Origin: Eledone cirrhosa
Lineage: Eukaryota
Direction of reading: 5' to 3'
DNA length: 64,000 nt
NCBI GenBank assembly: GCA_964016885.1
Contig: OZ024744.1
Location: 45,074,001 to 45,138,000, forward strand
Positions 12,541-23,620 of the stretch are shown here, one piece after another; position 1 is the first letter of the stretch, and every line of letters starts with the position of its first letter. Below the pieces are notes generated by a model, which saw nothing but the letters and a program-made list of their open reading frames with translations, was not told the DNA's origin and did no database searches. The translations under genes were made by a program, and so were the position numbers.

Positions 12541-13002
12541 GATCAATTTAATTCTTTAACTAGACGACATGAAGTCTTAGGCTATATGATCAATTTAATT
12601 CTCTTTAACTAGACGACATGAAGTCTACGTATCAAAACTGATTAAGGAATCCTTCCACCTCTACCCCTCCCTCCATCTCAGTTTGTCAATCTACTTCCTA
12701 ACTCTTCTCCCCCTTCCTCTCTCTCTATACTATTCCATTTGTCCCCTGACCTTCTAATTCCTCTTCCTCTCTCTATATACTAGTAAATACAATTCCAAAA
12801 TCATGTTTTTCTCTATATATTGAGAACTATTGCAAGAGTAACTTACTCACTATTTAGAAAATGTGGACATGAACAACAATTATAATTGAGTGGCTGCTAT
12901 TTGCAGTATAGCAATATAAGGTTGCCCTTACCAACGTGTTAATGCTTACCTGTGTTTTCTCTTTTATACTATGTATATATATATGTACACACACACACAC
13001 AT

Positions 13003-13125
<123 letters not shown>

Positions 13126-13129
13126 GAGA

Positions 13130-13350
13130 TACACGGGTCTATATGATTGTGTATAGAAGATTATATTACTAAAAGGAATTCCAACTTTGTCTGATTTACT
13201 CGTTATATTTGCAATCCTTTAAAATGTATAATGGTATTAGAATAAAATAGTATGGTAGAATATTAAATGTTAAGTGTTAATTGAACAAGTACTTTCATGC
13301 TTTCGCAATCTTCAGGTTCATAATGTGTGGTGAGAGTCGAGTTTGCAATT
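13130..13350 (-). repeat. ~220-bp HHR-bearing dispersed repeat; other copy at 55186-55408 (+)
   Basis: Reverse complement of 55186-55408 along its length. Confidence 0.8.
13282..13320 (-). ncRNA. Type I minimal hammerhead (intact core)
   Basis: Minus strand: TGAAC-CTGAAGA-tTGCgaaaGCAt-GAAA-GTAC-TT-GTTCA; palindromic stem III AGTACT. Confidence 0.8.
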
Positions 13351-13456
13351 TCCAACTGTATATGTATATACATATACACACATATACAAACACATATACA
13401 GATATACACATATATACACATATACATAAATACATAAATACATAAATATACATACC

Positions 13457-13483
<27 letters not shown>

Positions 13484-13492
<9 letters not shown>

Positions 13493-13725
13493 TAGAATAT
13501 TCGAAAATATTCTGTATGTTTATAATAAACATTTTGAAGACCTAATCGCTATAGAAGATATGTAGTCCTGAAGATTTCTAATAAGAATGAAACGCGTAGA
13601 TTACTTCCCTTGCTTTTATCGAGAATCTAATTGTAATACGTGACGTATTCTATTCTATAGCGATTAGGTCTTCAAAATGTTTATTATAAACATACAGAAT
13701 ATTTTCGAATATTCTATGTCTATAT
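13484..13725. repeat. Perfect 73-bp inverted repeat (13484-13556 / 13653-13725) enclosing a hammerhead
   Basis: The arms read as exact reverse complements. Confidence 0.9.
13562..13604 (+). ncRNA. Type I minimal hammerhead (intact core)
   Basis: GTAGTC-CTGAAGA-tTTCTaataAGAAt-GAAA-CGCG-TA-GATTAC; 6-bp stem I, palindromic ACGCGT stem III. Confidence 0.82.
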
Positions 13726-13762
13726 TCACATATATATCGCTATTTCAGAGCATTTATTCCAA

Positions 13763-13811
<49 letters not shown>

Positions 13812-14099
13812 CATACATACATGCCAATATGCAGGTACATATGAACGCACGTACACACAACGATACGCATGCAAACGAACGGCTACTCTTACAAATACAT
13901 ACAAACATGTACTCATACCTTTACGCATATACACAGGCACATAAAAACAGATCTACAAGCAGAAAATTCAGATAGGTAAGAGGTACTTACATAACCATAG
14001 TGCCGTGTTTCATGTTGAGAAGGGGTAGGGTGGGGTGGGAAGGAGGTAGAGGGGCTATTTTGTCGGGTGACGTTTTAAAAAAAAGGGGGGGGAGTCGTT

Positions 14100-14640
14100 T
14101 TTAGCCATCGGGCATTAACACTGGTTTAAGGTATTTGAAAGTTGCAAAGTTTTTGTGCATGCAGTTCGGGCAGTGTTCAGAGAATTTGTTCAGTAGCGGG
14201 CCCTTGGCGAATAATATTTCGTAGCTCTCTGAGATACAAAGGTCGCAGCACTTGTGCTCTCCGTTCTATGAGCGCGCTTACTGGAGTATTTTCCATTTAA
14301 GCGTGAAGGGGGTGGAGTTCCTTTTGGGGTCCCAAGCATAGGAGGCGAGGGTTGTCTGATTTGATTCGTCCGGTCTTTCTGAAGGAGTGGGTATGGGCAT
14401 ACCACCGGGTTTTAAAGTTATTGGAAGTCATGCCGATGTAAGTCTTTTTGTTGTTGCAATCATCGGTGCCTGAGATGACATCGCATTTGTCTACGATATC
14501 ATCTGTCAGGCATTTGTTTTCAAGTGGGCAGGCTTCCTTATTTAGGCAATTACACAAGGCCTCAGTCCGGGGATTGGGTTCGGAGGTGGTTGGCTTATTT
14601 AATTTTTTAGAATTGTAATTGGCTATATTCCTAGCTATGT
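14100..14640 (-). pseudogene. Penelope-like (Neptune-type Cys linker) GIY-YIG fragment
   Basis: CNCLNKEACPLENKCLTDDIV...KTYIGMTSNNFKTRWYAHTHSFR. Confidence 0.85.
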
Positions 14641-14650
14641 TAGGTGCAGT

Positions 14651-14811
14651 GGAGCAAGCCGGAGTTCTGCTTGTTCAGTTGTCTGTAATGCTCTGGCGAT
14701 CGAAGTAGAAGCGGCATTGCGAGCACGCCGTAGCATACATGGTTCTTCTGCCTCGCTTGCGCGCAAAGAACGCAAAGCAAAAGCATTTTTTGTTTTTCTT
14801 CCAATTTGACT
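14651..14811 (-). pseudogene. Helitron family A Rep N-terminal fragment
   Basis: Nearly identical to 7521-7680; directly abuts array B. Confidence 0.85.
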
Positions 14812-14953
14812 TTTCGTTTCATTTTTTCCGTTTATCGTTTTCGGTTCGCGCAGCCGATTAAGTCACTCGATATGCAAATTAGGCTACTCAGCCGTTAATA
14901 TGCATAAGGAAAGTATATACTTTCAGACGTTCAATCATCTGGCAGGAAGGTAT

Positions 14954-14996
14954 ACATTGCTGACGATAGCTAATAAACTTGAAACTAGTACAGCGT
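14954..14996 (+). ncRNA. Type I minimal hammerhead, unit B1 (core intact)
   Basis: ACATTG-CTGACGA-tAGCTaataAACTt-GAAA-CTAG-TA-CAGCGT. Confidence 0.8.
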
Positions 14997-15393
14997 TCCT
15001 TTGTCAGTGTTGAACAAATGAGCAACGATGGTTGCTAGACACTGTACGGCTTAATTCGGAATGTTTGTTTACAAACACACCGAGCATTATAATAAATGTT
15101 CGGTGAATCCATACGTACATATATATATATATGTGCATGTATGTATATATATATATACATATACATGCTACTGTACGTCTGTATACATATATGTATGTTC
15201 CTTTACATACTTATATTTAAGTAACAGCCGTATTAAGAGTGAGAAATGAAATTTCGTTTCATTTTTTCCGTTTATCGTTTTCGGTGCGCCCGGCCGATTA
15301 ACTCACTCGATATGCAAATTAGGCTGCTCAGCCGTTAATATGCATAATGAAAGTATATACTTTTACACGTTCAATCATCTGGCAAGAAGGTAT

Positions 15394-15436
15394 ACGTTGC
15401 TGACGATATCTAATAAGCTTGAAACTAGTACAGCGT
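15394..15436 (+). ncRNA. Type I minimal hammerhead, unit B2 (core intact)
   Basis: ACGTTG-CTGACGA-tATCTaataAGCTt-GAAA-CTAG-TA-CAGCGT. Confidence 0.8.
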
Positions 15437-15827
15437 TCCTTAGTCAGTGTTGAACAAATGAGCAACGATGGTTGCTAGACACTGTACGACTTAATTCGGG
15501 ATGTTTGTTTACAAACACACCGAGCATTATAATAAATGTTCTGTGAATCCATACGTACATATATATATATATATGTACATGTATGTATACATATATACAC
15601 ACTACTGCACGTCTATATACATATATGTATATACGTGTACATACTTATATTTAAGTAACAGCCGTACTAAGAGTAAGAAATGAAATTTCGTTTCATTTTT
15701 CCCGTTTATCGTTTTCGCTGCGCCCGGCCGATTAACTCACTCGATATGCAAATTAGGCTGCTCAGTTGTTAATATGCATAATGAAAGTATATACTTTCAG
15801 ACGTTCAATCATCTGGCAGGAAGGTAT

Positions 15828-15870
15828 ACGTTGCTGACGATAGTTAATAAACTTGAAACTAGTACAGCGT
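15828..15870 (+). ncRNA. Type I minimal hammerhead, unit B3 (core and stems intact)
   Basis: ACGTTG-CTGACGA-tAGTTaataAACTt-GAAA-CTAG-TA-CAGCGT; palindromic ACTAGT stem III, GUA triplet. Confidence 0.87.
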
Positions 15871-16078
15871 TCCTTAGTCAGTGTTGAGCAAATGAGCAAC
15901 GATGGTTGCTAGACACTACGGCTTAATTCGGGTTGTTGGTTTACAAACAAACCGAGCATTATAATAAATGTTCGGTTAATCCATACGTACATATATATGT
16001 GTGCATGTATGTATATATATATACAACTACTGTACGTCTGTATACATATATGTATATACGTATACATACTTATATTTA

Positions 16079-17277
16079 TATATTTATGTTTACCTTTATT
16101 GTTTTACTTCATAACACCCATGACTTTTTACTGTATTTTAATTTTTTCATTGTTCATTTATATTTTTATTCTTTATTTTTATTATTATATGTATCCATAC
16201 CTTGTCTGACATTGTGTCTCAGTATATCGCACACCCCTTACCCTTGCTCATCTTTCAAATGTTCATGTCTGTATTTGTGTATATGTATATTTGTGTACGT
16301 CGCCATATATGTATGTATGTATTTGTGTATATGTATATTTGTGTACGTTGCCATATATGTATGTATGAATTTCGTGTATATGTATATTTGTGTACGTCGC
16401 CATATATGCATGTATGTATGTGTGTATATGTATATTTGTGTACGTCGCCATATATGTATGTATGTGTGTACTGTGTGTGTTTAGCCCTAACTTTTTATGC
16501 TTTTCTATGAGTGTTTTTTGTCTTTACGTCCGTAAGTGTGCATGCTTGTTTTTATTTTATTAATATATTTTTTTGCATAAGGTTTTTTATTTTTATTTTT
16601 AATTTAATTTTTATCTTTAATTTTTATATTATTTTACAATTTCCTTTATATATTTTTATGTATCACATATATTCTTTACTATACACATGCAATTGTATAT
16701 GTAGATTTATCTATGCATGTATGTATATATAAAATATTGCCATATTTACAAAAAATATTTTTCTAATATCGTGTTTAATATTTCATATTGTCGTCTGCTT
16801 CTCTTCTCACAACATGTGGTTACTTACTTCTCTAAACTCTCTCTTTCTTTCCCCTCTCACACAGCCTATTCTTTCTCTCTCATTTTGCCAGTCCCAACTC
16901 TCACAGAGCCTTCTCTCTCTTTCTTCCCCTTTTTTCTTTGTCTCTTTCTTTCTGTCTCTGTTTCCCTCCTATAGACATTCTCTCTCTTTCTTTTTCTGTC
17001 CCTCTCTCTCTTCTACTCTGCACTTTCTACTTCCTTCTCTTTCTCAGCCGGGTTCCTGCTTACGGCAGTTCTAATGGAGATGTTTTAACGCAAAGTCACA
17101 CAAGGATTAGAAACATGGCGATTATCACTTTGAAAGAAACAATTATGCAATAAATAGTTGTTATTGACACGTCTCACATCCTCCTTTGGCAATGTGAAAA
17201 GTTTAGCGAGATCGGGTGAACAATACGCAAGTTATAATACTTTACACACACAGACAGAACGGGACTTTTATAGTAGA
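16079..17277 (-). mobile_element. Helitron family A, 5' non-coding region (copy 2)
   Basis: Minus strand starts TCTACTATAAAAGTCCCGTTCTG at 17277; colinear with copies 1 and 3. Confidence 0.85.
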
Positions 17278-17744
17278 CTAGCAAATGCCCCCCCCCCCCC
17301 TCCCCTGTCCATTGGACAGTGTTAATTCTTGGTAGGACTGCAGTCTTAATGGTGAAATTCCGTCTTGTCGATATTTAACATGGAGGGTAATTTTATGTGA
17401 TCAAATATTTCAGTCAAAAATGAGACGGTATTCAAATACTGCATGTTTTATTTACAGATATCTGTCATTAAAATGTGAAAATAGAGAAATATCGAAAATA
17501 TAAAATAGAGAAAAATGTGAAAATAGGGGAAAATGAAAATATCGTTTGGAATGTCGTTTAATTGACTGAATGGCTGAATAATCGGTACAAAAAGCTTAGA
17601 CGACAGTTTGGTTGACATGAAGGCAATCTGTAAGAAACTACATGTGTAATTGAATTAAGAAATAACCTGGGGCATGTGGAAGGCTGCCCATTGAAATGAA
17701 AAAATGGTTGATTTCATCAATGGCCATTTGTTGGAAGAGTAACA

Positions 17745-18790
17745 TTACCTATTGTGAAAAGTAAGTAATCGCAATAAGAACCCACCTAAAGGAGCGTAGT
17801 AAAATAGATTGGCCGAGTGTCCAACTCTTGAACATCCCACATACAGTTGCCTGTGTGAAAAGCATGGAGTACTGATGTCCATCCCAACCACTTTTAGTGA
17901 CTGCCCCTGGGCTTTGTTAATGGTTATTGCAAAACTTAATCGAATGGGGAATTGGACTCTTTTCATCGAAAAGACACAGTCAGTTGGAATAAGTGGAACT
18001 CTGTAAATAAAAACAGAGTCGCCAGCGCCTTTTCCCGTAATGATTGTAGCCTCGAGAACGTCACCTAACATTTGCGTTATAACCAAGCGTGTGCCATTGC
18101 AAAGCCGAGGAGGTTCCAAGTTTCTCAAGAGTATGATGGGACTTCCAAGTCTTAGGCAGAGTTTATGCGGTGGCATTCCTGATGGCTCTTGTGAGTTAAA
18201 AAACTCTGTTGGATAAAACGTTACTTGCGTCGGATCCGTAATCGAATCAATCGAAGCATAACATCGCTCTTGGGAAGGAAGTTGACGAAGCAGACATGTG
18301 TTAAGAGCTTGGACGGTGGCATTTGTAGGAGCTAAGATGGCCCTTTCACACATCCATTTATGACTGACGTAATTTGTTGAGAGGTTGGGGTAAACTTGTG
18401 CAAATGTCCTCAGGGCTGGAGACGTAGTTACCGATGGTACTTATGTCAACCAAACCGTTTACGTCGATTGGTAAGTTCCCATTACCCACATCCAATAACT
18501 TTGAAGCAAAGTAATTGTCACCGTCTTGTTGGTGGAGAATCGATCGCATGTTGATGGTTAACTTTCTCGACTGGACGAAGCGCCAAAGATGAGAATGTTT
18601 AATGCAAGCATCTATTTCATCAACTGGTTGGCTTTTGGGACAATGGGAAGAGTTTGACGAACATCTCCAGCAAGAAGCAGAACGACGCCACCGAACGGTT
18701 TAGAATTGGAGCGCAGGTCTTGTAGCGTTGTATTGATTGCATCAAGTGCTCTTGTGGGACATTTTTGCCTCGTCCCAGACAATCAATTTG
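17745..18790 (-). pseudogene. Helitron Pif1-type SF1 helicase, frameshifted
   Basis: CERAILAPTN, PPHKLCLRLGSPIILLRNL..PRLCNGTRL, RVQFPIRLSFAITINKAQGQSL, QLYVGCSRV. Confidence 0.93.
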
Positions 18791-18819
18791 CATTTTTGAA
18801 AGACAGCAGCCTCATCAGA

Positions 18820-19590
18820 ATTCTTCTTTGCCAACACCCGGAAGATTTATTCCACGTGTAGATTGTAGACAACTCCACATAAAGCAGTGTTCTGGCAAGA
18901 GAGTCAGAAGTACAAAGTTCAAAGAATCCGGTAAGGGTCGTTCTTCGAGGTTGTCTTGCACAGTCAAGCATATTTTGTTGGTTAAAATACACCCGTTAAC
19001 CATTCTCCAAATGAACGCTGATGTGAATAACTGCAGGTTCACGTTCATGGATCGGAAAACGGAATATGCGTCAAGATGCCTCGTTAGAACAGATGTAGCA
19101 TCCAGTTTGGAAAAATGTGACTTCATCTGTGGCGGCATCAGGGTTATCTGTCTTAGCCAACTCAATAACTGCTCGATCGGCTCCCTTATGAACATACTTG
19201 CAGATGTATTGGATTGATTTTACGGAGTTGCAGAATTCAACATTAAGTGGGCTGAAAATATTTTACAAAGCACCTTGTTATGTGGTACAACACATCGGTT
19301 GTCGATATTGAAATCTTGACCACCAACCATTGTTATAGTTGCCGTATGTCCACCCTCCTGTGGTGCCCTGCGACGGTATAAAGGGTAGCCATCATCACCA
19401 GTTTTGGTTTCATGGATACGTTTACGTGGGTAACGTACATTTCCCATTATCCATACATGCAGATTTTGGATTTAGGTGGCCTCACGGTCCATGGATCATG
19501 TTGCCTTTTATAATTTGAAAAAAGATAGGGGCTTCTTGGGGATTTGGCAATTCAGCATTTATAACGGATTCAACACCAGTTGACATGAGC
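18820..19590 (-). pseudogene. Helitron Rep (HUH) domain fragment
   Basis: MIHGP, YPRK...TGDDGYPLYRRR, IDNRCVVPHN, RTTLTGFFELC...YTWN. Confidence 0.88.
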
Positions 19591-19631
19591 CTTTTTTGAA
19601 GCCAAAGGAGAATATGGGAATCCTCTCCCAC

Positions 19632-19733
19632 ATGTCGCTGTTTCCCTCCTATAGACATTCTCTCATTTTCTTTCCCCTCTCACACAGCCTCTTCTTTCTC
19701 TCTCTTTTTGCCAGTCCCTTCTCTCACATAGCC

Positions 19734-19778
<45 letters not shown>

Positions 19779-19916
19779 TCTCCCTTCCGCTTCCTTTTTT
19801 TGTCTGTTTCTTTCTGTCGCTGTTTCCCTCCTATAGACATTCTCTCATTTTCTTTCCCCGCTCACACAGCCTCTTCTTTCTCTCTCTTTTTGCCAGTCCC
19901 TTCTCTCACACAGCCT

Positions 19917-19958
<42 letters not shown>

Positions 19959-20232
19959 GCTTCCTTTTTCGTCTCTTTCTTTCTGTCGCTGTTTCCCTCC
20001 TATAGACATTCTCTCTCTTTCTTTCCCCTCTCACACATCTTCTTTCTCTCTCTTTTGCCATTCCCTTGTCTTCCACAGCCTTCTCTCTCTCTCTCTCTCT
20101 CTCCCTTCCGCTTCCTCTTTTGTCTCTTTCGTTCTGTCGCTGTTTCCCTCCTATAGACATTCTCTCTCTTTCTTTCCCCTCTCACACATCTTCTTCTTTC
20201 TCTCTCTTTTGCCATTCCCTTGTCTCCCACAG

Positions 20233-20278
<46 letters not shown>

Positions 20279-20560
20279 CTCTCTCTTCCGCTTCCTTTTT
20301 CGTCTCTTTCTTTCTGTCGCTGTTTCCCTCCTATAGACATTCTCTCTCTTTCTTTCCCCTCTCACACATCATCTTCTTTCTCTCTCTTCTGCCATTCTTC
20401 TGCCATTCTCTGCCAGCCTTCTCTCTCTCTCTCTCTCTCTCTCCCTTCCGCTTCCTCTTTTGTCTCTTTCGTTCTGTCGCTGTTTCCCTCCTATAGACAA
20501 TCTCTCTCTTTATGTTTCTGTCCCTCTCTCTCTTCTACTCTGTACTTCCCTTTCTTTCTC
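19632..20560. repeat. CT-rich tandem repeat amplified from the Helitron non-coding region
   Basis: TGTCGCTGTTTCCCTCCTATAGACATTCTCTC recurs 6 times at ~150-190 bp spacing. Confidence 0.85.
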
Positions 20561-22399
20561 TTTCTCAATGTACCGCGTTTATCGGAGTGATGAGTAAAAA
20601 CATACACACGTATACGTACAGATATAAATATACATTTATATATTCATTTTTAGCTTTATTGTTTTACTTTATAACACCCTCTTACTACTTTTACTGTATT
20701 CTAACTTTTTCATTTTTCATATATATTTTCATTCTTTATTTTTATTATTATATATGTATTATTATATATGTATTATTATATATGTATTATTATATATGTC
20801 AAAGGTATGGATACATATATAATAATATATGTATCCATACCTTTGACATTGTCTCACTATATCACACACCCCTTACCCTTGCTCATCTTTCAAATGTTCA
20901 TGTTTGTATTTGTGTATATGTATATTTGATACGTCGCCATATATGCATGTATGTATTTGTGTATATGTATATTTGTGTACGTCGCCATATATGTATGTAT
21001 GTATGTGTGTATATGTATATTTGTGTACGTCGCCATATATGTATGTATGTATGTGTATGTATATTTGTGTACGTCGCCATATATGCATGTATGTATTTGT
21101 GTATATGTATATTTGTGTACGTCGCCATATATGTATGTATTTGTGTATATGTATATTTGTGTACGTCGCCATATATGTATGTATGTATTTGTGTGTACTG
21201 TGTGTGTTTAGCCCTAACTTTTTATGTATATGTATATCTTGCTTTTCTATGAGTGTGTTTTTGTGTTTTAGTTTTAGTTTTTTGTTTCTTCGCTTTTTCT
21301 TTTTTGTCTTTACCTCCGGAAGTGTGCATGCTTGTTTTTATTTCATTTTTATTATTATTATTTATTTTTATTCTTATTCTTATTTTATAATTATTTTTGA
21401 TCATTTTATGTTTGTTTTTATTCATTTATAATTTATATATATTTTTTTTTTGCATAAGGTTATTTATTTTTATTTTTATTTTTACTTTTATCTTTAATTT
21501 TTATTATATTATTTTACCATTTCATTTTTATATTTTAATGTATGTATATATTATTTATATGTGCGTATATAGTCGTCTATCAACTACTAAATACCTATTT
21601 TACTTCTACCTTCATTTATGTATACGTGTTTTCATTTGCGTACATACACATATTCTTTACTATACACATGCAATTGTATATGTAGATGTATATATGCATG
21701 TATGTATATATAAAATATTGCCATATTTACAAAAATATTTTTCTAATATCGTGTTTAATATTTTATCTTGTCGTCTGCTTCTCTTCTCACAACATGTGGT
21801 TACTTACTGTCTCACTCTCTCTTTCTTTCCCCTCTCACACAGCCTCTTCTTTCTCTCTCATTTTGCCAGTCCCTTCTCTCACACAGCCTTCTCTCTCTCA
21901 ACCTTTTTTCTTTGTCTCTTTCTTTCTGTCGCTGTTTCCCTCCTATAGACATTCTCTCTCTTTCTTTTTCTGTCCCTCTCTCTCTTCTACTCTACACTTT
22001 CTACTTCCTTCCCTTTCTCAGCCGGGTTACTGCTTACGGCAGTTCTAATGGAAATGTTTTAACGCAAAGACACACAAGTATTAGAAACATGGCGATTATC
22101 ACTTTGAAAGTAACAATTATGCAATAATTAGTTGTTATTGACACGTCTCGCATCCTCCTTTGGCAATGTGTAACATTTTAGCGAGATCGATGAAAAATAC
22201 GCAAGTTATAATACTTTACACAGACAGACAGAACGGGACTTCTATAGTAGATATACCTCCCTACCAACCCACCTATCTCAAAACTTTCTACAGCGTCCAT
22301 CTTATGACGTCACACACCCTACTCCTACTGTCACTTGTCTGTACTCTTCTTACTACCACAGCTCTCTCCCACCAACACTGCCAAAGTGAGATATGTATG

Positions 22400-22407
22400 T
22401 GTGTGTG

Positions 22408-22476
<69 letters not shown>

Positions 22477-22570
22477 AAGAGAGCGAGAAAGAGATGAGGA
22501 CCTGGAAGAGAGAGAGAATAGAGAGAAAGAGGCAGAGAGAGCGAGAAAGAGAAAGAGAGAGAGAGCGAGA
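22400..22570. repeat. (GA)n microsatellite
   Basis: Long GA run. Confidence 0.95.
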
Positions 22571-22623
22571 GGCTGTATATTTGCTTAGGGTTGAAGAGTA
22601 TTCGCTTTTAAAAGGTTCTGTAA

Positions 22624-22752
22624 ATAACTGTTTCTACATTTGGCACAAGGCCAGCAATTATCTCAGTGCATTACTGGTACTTTATTTTATCGACCCCGTA
22701 AGGATGAAAGGCAAAGTTAACCTCGACAGGATTTGAACTCAGATCATAAAGG
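22624..22752 (-). mobile_element. tRNA-derived SINE, 5'-truncated
   Basis: Same core as 9534-9717. Confidence 0.85.
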
Positions 22753-22809
22753 AAGGAGTACTCAATGCACAAGAATTAGGTAGGTGCTGTAATTTTACTT
22801 TTGTTGGAA

Positions 22810-23620
22810 GTCCAAGATATTGTCTCCGACCTGTTTCGCAGCCAAACAGCGATGCATTGCTCAAATCTGTGCTCTCCTCATCAACCGGTACCCTTCTTGA
22901 TGACGAGTGCACACACATCTGAGTGACCCAACGCCCTGGCCTCCACGTTTGGGGTTCACATAAATACTGTTGTGGGGCTGTTGTTGGTGGGTTTGGGCTG
23001 CATCCACTATCATGTCGCCAGAACGCAGGCCGGTACTCCCGACATGCCGATCTCAATGACAAATTAAGAAGGACCCTGGATTCAGCTGGTTTCCCATCAC
23101 AACTGGAGCCAGCAAGCCTCGGCAGCAGAGATGGCAAGCGCCCCGGCGGAATTACCCTCTTTTCATTGGAAGGAGGCAAATCCCTCATCTAAGATGCTAA
23201 ATGCTGTAATACGTTCTCCGCCCCTATTTTGTTTCTTTGGCCACAAACCCCGGTATTTCGGCCCACAATACAAAGGATAGGAAGACAAGTAAATACCGGG
23301 GCTTGTCTGGCCGCTTCCTCTCTGCACCGGTCACCGTCAAGAACTCAGTCGTCATCAGACCCCGTATTGCCAAGCTCCTCCGTAAAATCAGAACAGTAGC
23401 TCCTCTGAAGAAGGAGCTCCGCTAGGTGGGGTGGCTGTTGCAGCGGTGTCGCTGGCCATTGTCCGCGGAAATGACCTTGCAGTTTTGTCCGCGGTGTGCA
23501 GCCCAAACACCACCTGACCCCAGACATCCCTCCTATCCCTCCTCCCTCTTCCGTGACCTCATAGTCTTTGTTTTACCCTACGTTTCCTCTCATTTATAAC
23601 ATTTATAGTCCTTTCTCCTA
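22810..23620 (+). pseudogene. CRE-like non-LTR retrotransposon 3' region (Zn knuckle and restriction-like endonuclease)
   Basis: CCGAVVGGFGLHPLSC...RHADLND...LEPASLGSRDGKRPGGITLF (RPDG-type motif). Confidence 0.8.

Larger units (their letters stand above)
14812..16078 (+). repeat. HHR-containing tandem repeat, array B (units at 14812, 15252, 15686); retrozyme-like
   Basis: Same monomer as array A; HHR spacing 440 and 434 bp. Confidence 0.92.
17278..22251 (-). mobile_element. Helitron family A, internally deleted copy with both termini (copy 3)
   Basis: 5' A|TCTACTATAGAAG at 22251; 3' hairpin CTGTCC-ATT-GGACAG (17305-17319) and terminal CTAG (17278-17281); Rep and Pif1 remnants inside. Confidence 0.88.

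Noticed and set aside
15288-15345. Second ribozyme (HDV-like or twister) in the array monomer
   Set aside because: Only a simple hairpin is evident; the required pseudoknots could not be drawn by eye
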